Shown piece by piece: positions 1 to 10,800 of a stretch of DNA of 64,000 nt. Below the pieces are notes generated by a model that ran no database searches, had not been told where the DNA came from, and was given only the letters and a program-made list of their open reading frames with translations. Source of the DNA: Oculina patagonica (taxonomy: Eukaryota); contig NC_135769.1 of NCBI RefSeq assembly GCF_052425735.1, positions 744,001 through 808,000 of the forward strand, given 5' to 3'. The translations under genes and the position numbers were made by a program. Each line of letters starts with the position of its first letter. Positions within the stretch are counted from its first letter, which is position 1.

Positions 1-85
1 TAAAAATTTAAAAAGACATAAAAAGACATCCTAAAAATATTGAGAAGATAGAAAAAATTCACTATTATAATAACAATTTAAAAAT

Positions 86-370
86 TCAATAAAATTTAAA
101 AACATCATCGTTCAGTCTGACAGTCTGCGCGGATAACGCCTCGAAGCTAACATTTTTAAGAATGTTCTTGCCTTTTACTATGTTAAAAAACGACTTAAAA
201 TTACTAGTTTTACCGTGTAGTCGTTGTGACAGGGCGTTCCAAATAACGGATCCCCTGTAAGCGATTGAGTTTTTCATAAAGTTGGTAAAAAAGCGCGGTA
301 CCACTACCTTGTAACCGTTCCTTAGTCCATGCTTGTTTTCCGCTTTTACAATGATATGGCGCATATCTGG
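86..370 (-). mobile_element. Non-LTR retrotransposon (L2/CR1-group) ORF2 C-terminal fragment, 5'-truncated
   Basis: Minus ORF reads HGLRNGYKVVVPRFFTNFMKNSIAYRGSVIWNAL, the typical post-RT tail (xLR...P...T...SF.YRG...WN.L) of CR1/L2-type LINEs. No RT core is present. Confidence 0.7.
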
Positions 371-374
371 TGGT

Positions 375-626
375 GTTTACAGAGTCGTGAATAGTCATCT
401 CGCCCCGGCCGGTTGTTCATCCACCAGATAAATCACTATCCAGTGGATAGTGTAGTATGTTTCGTCAGCACTTATCCACTGAATAACAATTTATCCGGTG
501 GATAGTGTTATCAACCCTTTGAACAACTGGGGCCTGGTGAATATTCCACGTGCATCGAAGCCGTGTCACGGTGCTTGTGAAGTGGGCTGTGTCAGATTGG
601 AAGACATTGATATTGTGGAACTCTAT
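375..626 (+). repeat. Displaced duplicate of the AP2A upstream/5' leader (original at 5363-5479), interrupted by a MITE
   Basis: gtttacagagtcgt(g/a)aatagtcatct (375-400) plus ctggtgaatattcc...gaactctat (534-626) match 5363-5479 almost exactly. Confidence 0.95.
402..533. mobile_element. MITE, probably PIF/Harbinger-type, with 3-bp CTG target duplication
   Basis: Imperfect TIR gcccc(gg)ccggttgttca ... tgaacaactggggc, flanked by ctc/ctg. The empty site catCTGgtgaa is present near 5384-5394. Confidence 0.8.
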
Positions 627-939
627 AATGTTTCGCCAAATCTTAAATTAGAACAAGTGTCCAATACAGGTTTCAAAAAACAGAAATGACCATTTCAGCC
701 ACTTTTTAATTGTCCACTTACGCTTAATAGATGTATAATTTACAGTAAAAAGAAAGATAAATCTTGGGACCTTCGCTATACCGTCCGCTAAATACGGTGT
801 CTACTAAATACAGCTTTTAATTTATTAGGCTAAGAAACTCTAATTCGTGTCAGAAGGTTATTTAAAGAGTGAAAAAGTCCATCAACATTTTCAAAACCAT
901 TTTTACCAAAAATTACGCTGAAATTTTGATTGACAGTAC

Positions 940-1476
940 TCACGGCACATATTCTCCCATTAAGGTACCATGATATTTCTTTTCAGCAAACTCATCAAAC
1001 ACTCTCTTTGCGAAAGCTTTACAATTATCATCTATCCAATGGTACGTTTTGTTTAGCTCATCTTTGCGATAAAGAAACTCAATCAAGTCCTTCATGGATT
1101 TTCTTCCCTTATCATAACTCATTTCAACTATTGGAGTTATTCTAGGTTTTTGTTCTACATAATCTCGAACCTTTGTAAGTTTTCTGCTCCTCTGGATGAG
1201 AATTTTTTGGCCATCTTTCTCAATGGACCACCACCAGCTATTTGTTTCCAGCACCACAAACTGATGGTTGAGGAAGGCTTGAGTAAGTTGCCAGCCAGAG
1301 AGTGGCTTTTTATAAACCCAGATTTGCAGGATCATCTCGCTGGCATCAATTAAATCACTCATCTCATCCATTAGCGAATCGTCTTTTATGGTGTGCGTCG
1401 AACCGGTTTCCTCGTCAGCTTCTGGGTCAAACACAACTTCATTGTCCCAGTCACCACCTTTTTTACGTTTCGGCAT
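940..1476 (-). CDS. Uncharacterised permuted NlpC/P60 (PPPDE/DeSI- or LRAT-like) thiol enzyme, about 178 aa
   Basis: Intact ORF. Likely start MPKRKKGG at 1476, just after a pyrimidine-rich acceptor (tttttcag, about 1491). It has an N-terminal His strand (LNHQFVVLET..WWSIEK) and C-terminal TYHWIDDNCKAFAK, resembling YxxxxxNCxxF of His-before-Cys papain-fold enzymes. Confidence 0.7.
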   Translation of the reverse strand: MPKRKKGGDWDNEVVFDPEADEETGSTHTIKDDSLMDEMSDLIDASEMILQIWVYKKPLSGWQLTQAFLNHQFVVLETNSWWWSIEKDGQKILIQRSRKLTKVRDYVEQKPRITPIVEMSYDKGRKSMKDLIEFLYRKDELNKTYHWIDDNCKAFAKRVFDEFAEKKYHGTLMGEYVP

Positions 1477-1600
1477 TGTATGTTGAAAGGCTGAAAAATG
1501 AACATATGGAATTAAGAAACATTTCAATCGCGGATGTGTAAAATTTCCATTGCTTATTTTTCACTTGGTTTGGTTTTCTTTGCTCTTTTCGGGAAAACAT

Positions 1601-1735
1601 ATAGAGTGTTTGCCTGGCAGCCATGTTGGAGGAGTGAAACAGTAAAAGATATTTGCATAAAAATGATTTTTTTCCCAAAGAAAAACCATTCTATTGTTTC
1701 ACTCCTCCAATATGGCCGCCATGAACACACTCTAT
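1601..1735. mobile_element. Short MITE
   Basis: Inverted termini atagagtgt...acactctat and internal inverted ttggaggagtgaaaca/tgtttcactcctccaa. Confidence 0.7.
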
Positions 1736-2381
1736 CCAAGTCACAGTTCGATTGTTTTTCTGTCTGTGATTCGCAATCCCACTCCCACACCCAGTGACCC
1801 AAATTTCATTTTCGGAAATTTCCCAAAGAAAATTGTCCCAAATCCCAGTTCCCATTTCACCCCTACAGGTCCCTCCCTATTCATAATTTTTTGCGGTAAA
1901 CATTTACGGTCCGGGAATCATTTGCGGTCCCAGGATCGTTTGCGGCCCGGGATCATTTGTGGGCCTGTGGGCTGAAAACAATGGCTGATTGCAACGAAAT
2001 AGAAGTGGACGGTGGTACGAGTTAAATACGACCAATATATTATCATTCACTTTTTTGTTAGGACTGTAAAGGAATGGTTTGAATAATCTTAACACACTTA
2101 AAGGGGCCTCCTGTGGTTACAGAATTCGAATGTGTTACATATGCTCCATTATTTCGAAAATCGGCTTCACACCACGGTCGGCCGATTTCGAAATTACTCG
2201 CCTGATTACACCCTGTAAGGGTGTTATAACTATAATTAATCGAATCGAATTTTAGTTTATTAAACAAACCTTTCGTGAAGTGCAGTTGGATAGCGAAAGC
2301 AAATTCACGCGCGTAAGTATATCGAAGAAAGGAACGAGATTGTTGCCTCGTATATATCATATTTAGAATTTGAATTCAATA

Positions 2382-2585
2382 TTAATTCCACGCGGTGCCA
2401 AGGTCTCTTGTGGAAAAAATACGCTTAATTTTCTCCCTCTTTCTTCTAGTGCTTCTTCGCATTACTTGCTTGATCACAGACACAGACATGTAATAGAGTT
2501 GTTGTCCGAAGTTAAAATGTTCCGCTAAGGGGAAACTTTCGATGTTGATGATATCCTTACACTGAGCGGCGGCGGTGCTCGCCAA
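2382..2585 (-). mobile_element. Degraded Penelope-like GIY-YIG endonuclease C-terminal fragment
   Basis: PLAEHFN...MSVSVIKQV...RRKRE...IF...LGT resembles the end of the Penelope GIY-YIG domain (PVAxHFN...H...MSV...RK..E...I..LGT..P.G.N). It is decayed. Confidence 0.5.
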
Positions 2586-3394
2586 ATTGGTTTGCGAGTC
2601 TGCAACAAGCTTCTCCAGTCTATTAAGTGTGGTATTTAGTACAGATGACTGGGTACTGTGCTCACTTGCGTAGATTTAGGCTCTGTACTTTGATTTCACA
2701 TTTCGTGTTTTACAACTTTTGATCAAGTGATGAGCTAGCTCAACAGGAGTCGCTCGTTCGAGCTGTTTACTACTTCTGATATGAAAGTTTACAGGAAAGT
2801 ACAGCCTTTAAAGAGTTAAAATAGAACTGAACTCCAACACGCTTGAAATAAACAATACAGTACACTGTACTTACAATTAAGAATGTTTCCAACTTATCCT
2901 GTAGCAATTCAGTGCGCCAGCAAAATTACCAAGCAGTTTAGGGCGGAAGTGAGAGCTTGTCGACAAGCGTGAAAATGAAAGTGCATATGCAAAACACAGC
3001 CTTGATATAATTTCAATTCAGTGCATATTGACAAGCACGTGATTTCTCGGAAATGGCAACGATGGTGGGATGTAGACATGGGTCACCTTCTGGTTAGCCC
3101 CATGTGAAGTCAACATTGTTTTCCTTGGGAGCATTAGTATACCGCTGCAACTGAACACCTTATTTAATTACATTAGCAAGAGGGTCCTGAAGGGGTAAAA
3201 TGGGAACTGGGATTTGCCTATTTTTTCACTGGGAAAATGGGATTTAGGTCACTGGGACTGGGATTCGGAAACAAAAAATGGGAATGGGAAGCGCATCAGT
3301 ACATGACTAAACCTGCATATTTTGCGCATACGACATACGACTGCAATAGTTTTGGCCCAGCAAGTGACGTGTGTACATTTCTATCTTTTATATT

Positions 3395-3990
3395 AAGGGA
3401 GTGGTTGATGGTTTGAAGCGAAGATAAGCCTTTTAAGACGCCATATAATATTTCGTTTTCTGTCAAGGCTGTCACGCTATGCTCTTTGCATTGTGAGCGG
3501 TACCACTCGGTTAATTCGTTCCAGAAAGATACAGCCAATGAACAGTGCACAAATAAATGAGAGATAGATTGCTCTGTATCAGGGCCAAATGGACAAGTAG
3601 GTGAATCGATAATTTGCATTTTGTACAGAAGACTAGTCGTGTTATGTATTAATTTAAACTGAAACACAGATAATTTAACTTCTTTTGTTACAGTTGTTAC
3701 AGCAAAGGGGAGTGAGTATATTTTGCGACGTTGCGATGGATCAAAACCGCCCTTGATGAGTCTTTTTTCTGCCGTAGGTGGAGGAAGATTTTTTCCATCA
3801 ATCAACAGATGATATATGACTTTACACGTTAGGTTTTCTATATTTGGCGTCGAGGAGGAGAGGTTTCCGGTTTGTGATTTTAAAAGCTCTTTCCAAGCAC
3901 TTGGTATCGCAGATAAAAGCCTGTAGTATTGTAGAAAGTTGCAGTTTATATAGAATTTCTGTTGGTTTTTACCGTCATTATTGAGCCCTC
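3395..3990 (-). mobile_element. LINE (L1/Tx1-like) ORF2 fragment with zf-RVT zinc knuckle
   Basis: NFLQYYRLLSAIPSAWK...FQFKLIH...SPTCPF...EQSISHLFVHCS...FW is the standard C-terminal region of L1/Tx1 ORF2. Confidence 0.8.
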
Positions 3991-4542
3991 CAGTGTGCTT
4001 AGTGGGGAGGGGGAGGGAGTAGAGATAAAGACCTGTTAAAAAAAAGAAACCACCCTTAATCTCTGATCTCCGCAGCTCCCGCCATAGGAATCCGGAACCC
4101 ATCGCCTGCTCCTGTGCGTATAACATAACGAAGCGTTACGTAACATAACATACAAAGCATAACGTCACGTAACGTAACGTTACATATATTAAACAGAACA
4201 GAACATAGTGGTTTATTCATGAATGGAAACAGTAAAAAGATAAAAATGCATCATGAAAAGGAAACGGGAGGTGGACCCCATAACGTTTTCTAAAAACTAA
4301 AACAAAGAAAAATATCAATTTTTGTATAAAAAAAAATTGCAAGGCCGATACAACGGTTTGGGACTGTATTTAATATATCATATTCATATTGCACTTTACA
4401 GAACACAATATAGCTATTTACACTTTTTACTATTTGAAGAACAAGAAACATTTAAAACAATCGATTAGACCCTGTACAGTGACAGGATTTCGCCACGGAG
4501 GTCCTTGAAAGTTTAGGTAAACTTTGTTTTCCGTAGGCCAGG

Positions 4543-5071
4543 TAGGCTTTTATAGATTGTGCTCCTAAAAGTGGCATATTATGCTACTAGCAGTGCTCAA
4601 AATTTTGCCAAATTATGCAAAAATTATGCCAGAATTCCCAAATTATGCTTCTGATTTCCGAAATTATGCTCACAAAATGACGTAGATTCTATACATAGAG
4701 GTGCGCAATAACGACACCAAATTATGATGTTTTTTAAATAAACTGTTGTTGTAAATTTATTTGTGTTTATGGCAGTTTATCACGGCCGTCAGCTGTCCAA
4801 ATTAGCTGCTCGCATCTCTAAACCGTTTGTAAAATGCCTCCAACGACTTAACAATCACAATTGTATAGCTAAAACACGCATTGCAAGAACAAACTACCTA
4901 AATTTCATTTATTTCTGTAGAAAGTACATCATATTTACTACATTTTATGAATTTATGCTCCAAAAAGTGCTAAAAATTGCTAATTATGCCGTGGCAGTGC
5001 TCGTTTCACAAATTATGCTTTTTAGCTCCAATTATGCCAAAAATTATGCTAGCACAATCTATAAAAGCCTA
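4543..5071. mobile_element. hAT-type MITE with 8-bp TSD AGGCCAGG
   Basis: TIR taggcttt(t)tatagattgtgct / agcacaatctataaaagccta. aggccagg at 4535-4542 and 5072-5079. Subterminal AAATTATGC repeats. Confidence 0.9.
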
Positions 5072-5493
5072 AGGCCAGGGGTCTCAACATGAGTTTCAAA
5101 TGTTTCTACAGTTCAATCTGGCTGTGAAGATTATTTATTGTGACTTACACAAAGTACTTTCTTCCTTCACAAGCGGAAAAATTCGCTGACCGTGAATCTC
5201 GTGAGTGCGGGGGCGCTGTCTTCTTGGCCTCGCTCTGAAGAACGTTTGATGGCGGCTGCCATCTTCCGTCTACAATTTGAACATAGAGCACTAAATAACC
5301 AACTGTACGGCGAGATTAGCAGCTGTAGTTAGTTTCCTCCATCACTAAAATCATATACTCCGGTTTACAGAGTCGTAAATAGTCATCTGGTGAATATTCC
5401 ACGTGCATCGAAGCCGTGTCACGGTGCTTGTGAAGTGGGCTGTGTCAGATTGGAAGACATTGATATTGTGGAACTCTATCCCAGCAAGCCAAG

Positions 5494-7804
5494 ATGCCTG
5501 CCGTAAAGGGAGAAGGAATGAGAGGCTTAGCCGTTTTTATTTCGGACATTAGGAACTGTAAGTAAATCTCAACTTTTCAAGGTTTCTTATGCGCCGAGTT
5601 TTGTGTAAATTTATCGTATTTGACACGTGTGTCGGGTTGTCGAGCTGAAACTGTATTCGGCGATCGATCAATTTTCGCCGTTTCGCTTCACCGCGGTATT
5701 TTGTTCGTTCACGATAATCTAACATGCTTTCATTATTTCAGGTAAATCTAAAGAAGCTGAAATGAAGCGAATAAACAAGGAACTAGCAAATATTAGGAAT
5801 AAATTCAAAGGTAAGTTTGTATATTTTGTATTTGAAGAGTGTACAAGTTGTAGATAGCTAGCCAATTTTAGGCTTGCAAGCTAATCTTATTACAAAATTG
5901 TTCGAGTTCGATTTGACCGCTTCAAATGTTCACCCTTTTATTTCAGGTGATAAGCAGTTAGATGGCTACCAAAAGAAAAAATACGTTTGCAAGCTGCTGT
6001 TTATTTTTCTGCTCGGGCATGATATCGATTTTGGTCATATGGAAGCCGTAAACCTTCTCTCGTCCAACAAGTACACGGAGAAACAAATCGTAAGTATTCA
6101 CAAGCTTTGGAAGTGCATTTTACATGTATTTTAAGTAATATTTCGATTTCTATGAGCTCGAGAATGTTTGCTTTGCGAAGTCACTGCAAAGAAGACAACT
6201 TAGACACAAAAGCGCCGTCTAATTTAACGAGCCAAATGTGAATTTTTAAGATGGGATTAACCACCAAACTTTGATTTCCTTGTGGGTGCTATCAGAACGC
6301 GATCTTTCGATATTGATGGTGGGGAGTGAAAAACAATTTTTAAGAGGTAAAGTGAATTAAAAATGTGGAATTAAGATAACAGTTTTACTTGTGTTTTAGT
6401 CTGGTAGTATGCGGTATATTAAAAGGCTAAACTTCAATCAACAGCGATAAAACCAATTTTATGCAATTTTTATAGCTTGCCCATAAATACCCGCATGTAC
6501 AATGTATTTTTATTCCCGCCAAGACTTGCATCCATAAGTCAGAGTTATTTTACAGCTGTTGTGACATTATTTTATACATGAACATGAGTGCCTTTCATAC
6601 TTCTGTGTTGTGACATAATTTTTATATAGTATGCACTCAAAACTTTCAATAATAAAATAGAATTTATGCATATAAATGCTGCAGAAAATATTCCCTTAAA
6701 TTATGGTCCAAAATCTTGCTGGCCATTGGAAAGCAGCATCTTGAAAGAATGCAATTTTTGCAACAACAAAAATTCTGTCGAAAAGTTATTCAAGGTGTAA
6801 TTGAAGACACAAACCTAACATTTTCAAGTTTGTGCTAGCTAATGTAATTCATTTTGGTCCTCGCCATGGCAGTTGCCCATTGTTAGCTGTCCACTTTTCG
6901 TAATGGGCTCCTGTCATTTGTTATGTACTGTCTTACAAACTCAAATCATTGTTGCCGGGTTGTTTAATTTTACCGTGATTAATATGTTTTAAGCTTCATG
7001 CAGAAGATCTAGATAGACCCACAATGTCGCATTTAACATCCCGTTTGTTCATTTTTGCAATTATTTGTAAAGCCAGCTGTTCCTTGTTTTTGACACCTGT
7101 GTCCATTAAAAGCAATTCAAATGTTTTGTTATCAGCTTGAGCACACTAAATAAAAATTTGATAATCTGAATGTGCAAAAACTGCTTTTGCATTGCAGCGT
7201 TCAACATAGTCATGTCATTTGGTGTTTTTTTTTTTGTTTTTGCTTGGAAGTGCATAGGAAGAATACCAGTCTGCTTATAGAATAGTGCCTGAAATTTACG
7301 TGGTGATTACGAAGTTGTATCTTGCTGAAGTGGATGAATTAAATTTATTGTTTTTACTTGTGCATAAATTAATAAGGATGTAGGATTGTTTTGAAATACG
7401 TGGACAGTTTGGATGAACAAGTGGGTATTTATAAAGCATAATTGAAAAAAAAAAAAACATTCAAAACAACCAGGAACACATATTTTTTGCAGTTTTCTTG
7501 CTGTAAAACTAAACCAATTGCAAGGTGTTGAGTTTTAGATTGTGTTGTTAAAGAGAGATGATATGCTTGTAGTCTGACTGTATATAACAAGCTCATCAGT
7601 ATCACTGGAAAATATACTAATAAAACAGTTCCATGTCAGTGCATTGTGTCGAAAGGCTTGTTTAACTGTAGGGATGTAATTACATCTGCAAATGGTTAGA
7701 CATTCTAGTCTTCTCGGATAAGGACGATAAACCGTAGGCCCCGTCTCCTGCATCTTCAGTGTTATAATCAGCAGGGGACGTTAAAGAACCCACACACTCG
7801 TCGC

Positions 7805-7841
<37 letters not shown>

Positions 7842-10800
7842 TTCTATTCCATGGGTTGGGTGGTGAGGTGAGATCATACACATGGACGGAGTGGCTGCCA
7901 TGAGCGCCTAATATGCTGATGTCCGGTCTCATCCCATAGATTCGAATTGTGAAGCGCATTGATCACGAGCTTTGTAAATGCGCTATATAAGCACGGCCCA
8001 TATCATATCATATTATCAGATATAGAATATTAAAAATGCACATGCGCAGTTAGTTGACATCCAAAGCAAAGAGCACTATTGCTCATATTTCTATTTCACT
8101 TGAAGGAATATATTTACAATGCCTTTCATCCCAGCCCACGGTGATCAATCAAGGGTTTTATAATTGTTATTCAGTGCTTGGAAATACTTGAATTCCAGGT
8201 TGCCCTTCAGATAAGCAGCTCTCAATTTTTACTTGCTCAGGAAGTTGCATGCTTCATAATGCCTTTGTTTACTTTTTTTAATGATTTAGTCAGCAGACAA
8301 CTTGCCTGGATCCTTACTCATTGGGAAAGTGAGAATAAAAAGTCACTTGCCAGGCAAAAAAATCTACTTGCCCTGGACAACTGGACAGCACTTTTTTCAT
8401 GCCTTGTTATTATGAATCTTTTCACTAAAAGCCAGTCAATTTGCCTTTTCATCACATGTACATGACAGTGGATAGATAGATAGATAACTTTATTTCATCT
8501 TGTGTTGATGAGGCTGATTAGGCCTCTAGCAAGATTATGCTAATTTGATGATCTAGTGACAACCCTCCAAGTTAAGACCATTTTAATCACCATGGCAACT
8601 AAAATTTTGGAGCTGGCGACTAAATTGGAACCAAAGTTGCCAGCCTGGTGTCTAAAATTGAGAAGAAGGATTGAAAGAGTGAACTTAATTTAGCAACAAA
8701 AACTTTCACCGGTGACCAAACTTGAGCGGTCGGTGGCCAAATGGCCACTAAGGAAAAAAATAAACTTGGAGGGTTGAGGGAAAAATTAAATGTTGATCTC
8801 ATTCTGATATTTTTTGTTCTTTGTTTTCAGGGTTACCTCTTTATCTCAGTCCTTGTTAGTGCCAACAGCGAGCTATTCAAGCTGATCATCCAAGCCATCA
8901 AGAATGACTTGTCTAGCCGCAATCCCATCAATGTGTGCCTCGCGCTGCAGTGCATAGCAAACATCGGCAATGAAGAAATGGTTGATGCTGTTGGTAAAGA
9001 AGTTCCAAAGCTGTTAGTTTCACCAGACACAAATGACAGCGTCAAGCAATGTGCTGCTCTTTGTGTTTTGAAGCTGTTTAGGCTTAAAACAGATATCCTG
9101 CCTCCTGGAGAGTGGACATCAAGGATAGTTCAACTGCTAAATGATAAGCATTTGGTAGGTGTATTACATTGGTTACAAGTTTGCAGTAGTGTAAAGTTAA
9201 GGCCATTGATTGGAAATAAGAACATGAACAGCAGATTTTATAAATGGTCTGGTTTGTTAGTTTTATTTGAAATAAAACGTTGATTCTATCTGTTTTTTAG
9301 TAGAAACTCAGCCGTGTTCTTTTGAAAATCCGCGAATCTGATTGGTTCTTCCACTGTTTTCTATTTGCCGATAGAAAACGATCGCACACTCGTTGCTCAT
9401 TTAAAGATTAATTTTTCTTCATTTTTGGCTTATAAGTAGGTAAAATTGTAGGTTTTTCGGACTGCAGTCCTTTAAGAGTTTCTACTAAAGCAATTAGACT
9501 ACTCGCCCTCATTTTCTATGAGCGATAGTCAACTTGGCTGCGCCTTGTTGACTATTCGCTCATAGAAAATTCTGACTAGTTGTCTAATTGTTACATGGCT
9601 ACTTTTTTTGCTACAGTTCATTCAAATGGCTACAAGTTTTGCTTAATAATTATTTGTTTGGAATGTTTGATTATTTTCCATTAGGGTGTGGTAACCTCTG
9701 CTGCCAGCCTTATTCATGGTGTTGTTCATCATTTTGCTGATGATTACAAGGGGTGTGTACAACTAGCAGTCTCAAGACTTAGCAGGGTAAGGTTGCTTAT
9801 CAAGAATTTTAAATTTTCCAGTTAAGTTATGTGAATTGTACCCAGTTCTATAGCCATAGCGAAATCCAAGAGATTACATGGATTTCCACAGAGCTAGCTA
9901 TGTTATCAAATTTGGAATTTTGGAGTTATTGTGGTTGAGGATTGAATTTCAGAGTTCGCATATCACTGAATGATATGCGAACTCTTAAATTCAATCCTCA
10001 ACCAACGGTTTGAACTTCTTGCTGCCATCAATCATCTTGGCAGACCTCTCTGGAAGCAGAAGCTCACTTCAACCAGTTCAAAAGGTCACGTCTGTCCGTT
10101 GTGATTGGAGGATTTCGATCCATTTTGTTTGTTTCTGTTTTTCATGGTTCGCTTGCTGTCGCCATAATTATGGTTGACGGCAGCAAAAATGCAATCATTA
10201 GTCGATTTTTGAATTTCAGAGTTCACATATATTAACTGAAAACCACAATAAATTCAGAGGTCTTTTTAGTGAGGGAAGAATTACATGTAAGCATGTGACC
10301 AGCTAAAGGGAAATGAAGGTTTTAACAGTTTTAATTTGAATCCAACAGATTGTGACGTCATCTTACACAGACCTTCAAGACTACACCTACTACTTTGTAC
10401 CAGCACCATGGCTTTGCGTCAAGCTGCTAAAGCTTTTACAGCTGTACCCTCCCCCAGGTAAATTATGCAGTACCAAGTTCAGAGTTTAATCTCTGGGTTT
10501 CGTTTGAATATCCAAATGTCTTTAAAAGATGTTGTTTGAGACATAATCCATGTTTTGATAAGATATTTGAAACGGTAACACAGTTGTTTTCCATTAGTCT
10601 TAGATGTAAATTATTTTGTTACGTAATTTTGTCCCATTAATACTCGAAGACCTGGGGAATATGTTTATCTGGTGCATGTTTTTCAGAAGTTCTCTAAGAG
10701 TAATGTGCGCATATTACCGATATTATTGGTATTATTGCAAATAAATTAAGGAACCCTTCAATGTTTTTTGTTCTTTGCTTACTGTAGAAGACCCAGCCAT

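Noticed and set aside
1760-3290. Single large TIR transposon bounded by the inverted gagggtcctg...aatgggaactgggattt copies (about 1775-1875 and 3180-3290)
   Set aside because: The two copies appear to extend away from each other rather than enclose the interval, and no TSD is evident. Two independent fragments of one family are more likely.
3296-4126. 276-aa ORF as a host gene
   Set aside because: It is a chance-open chimera of a LINE zf-RVT fragment and flanking sequence.
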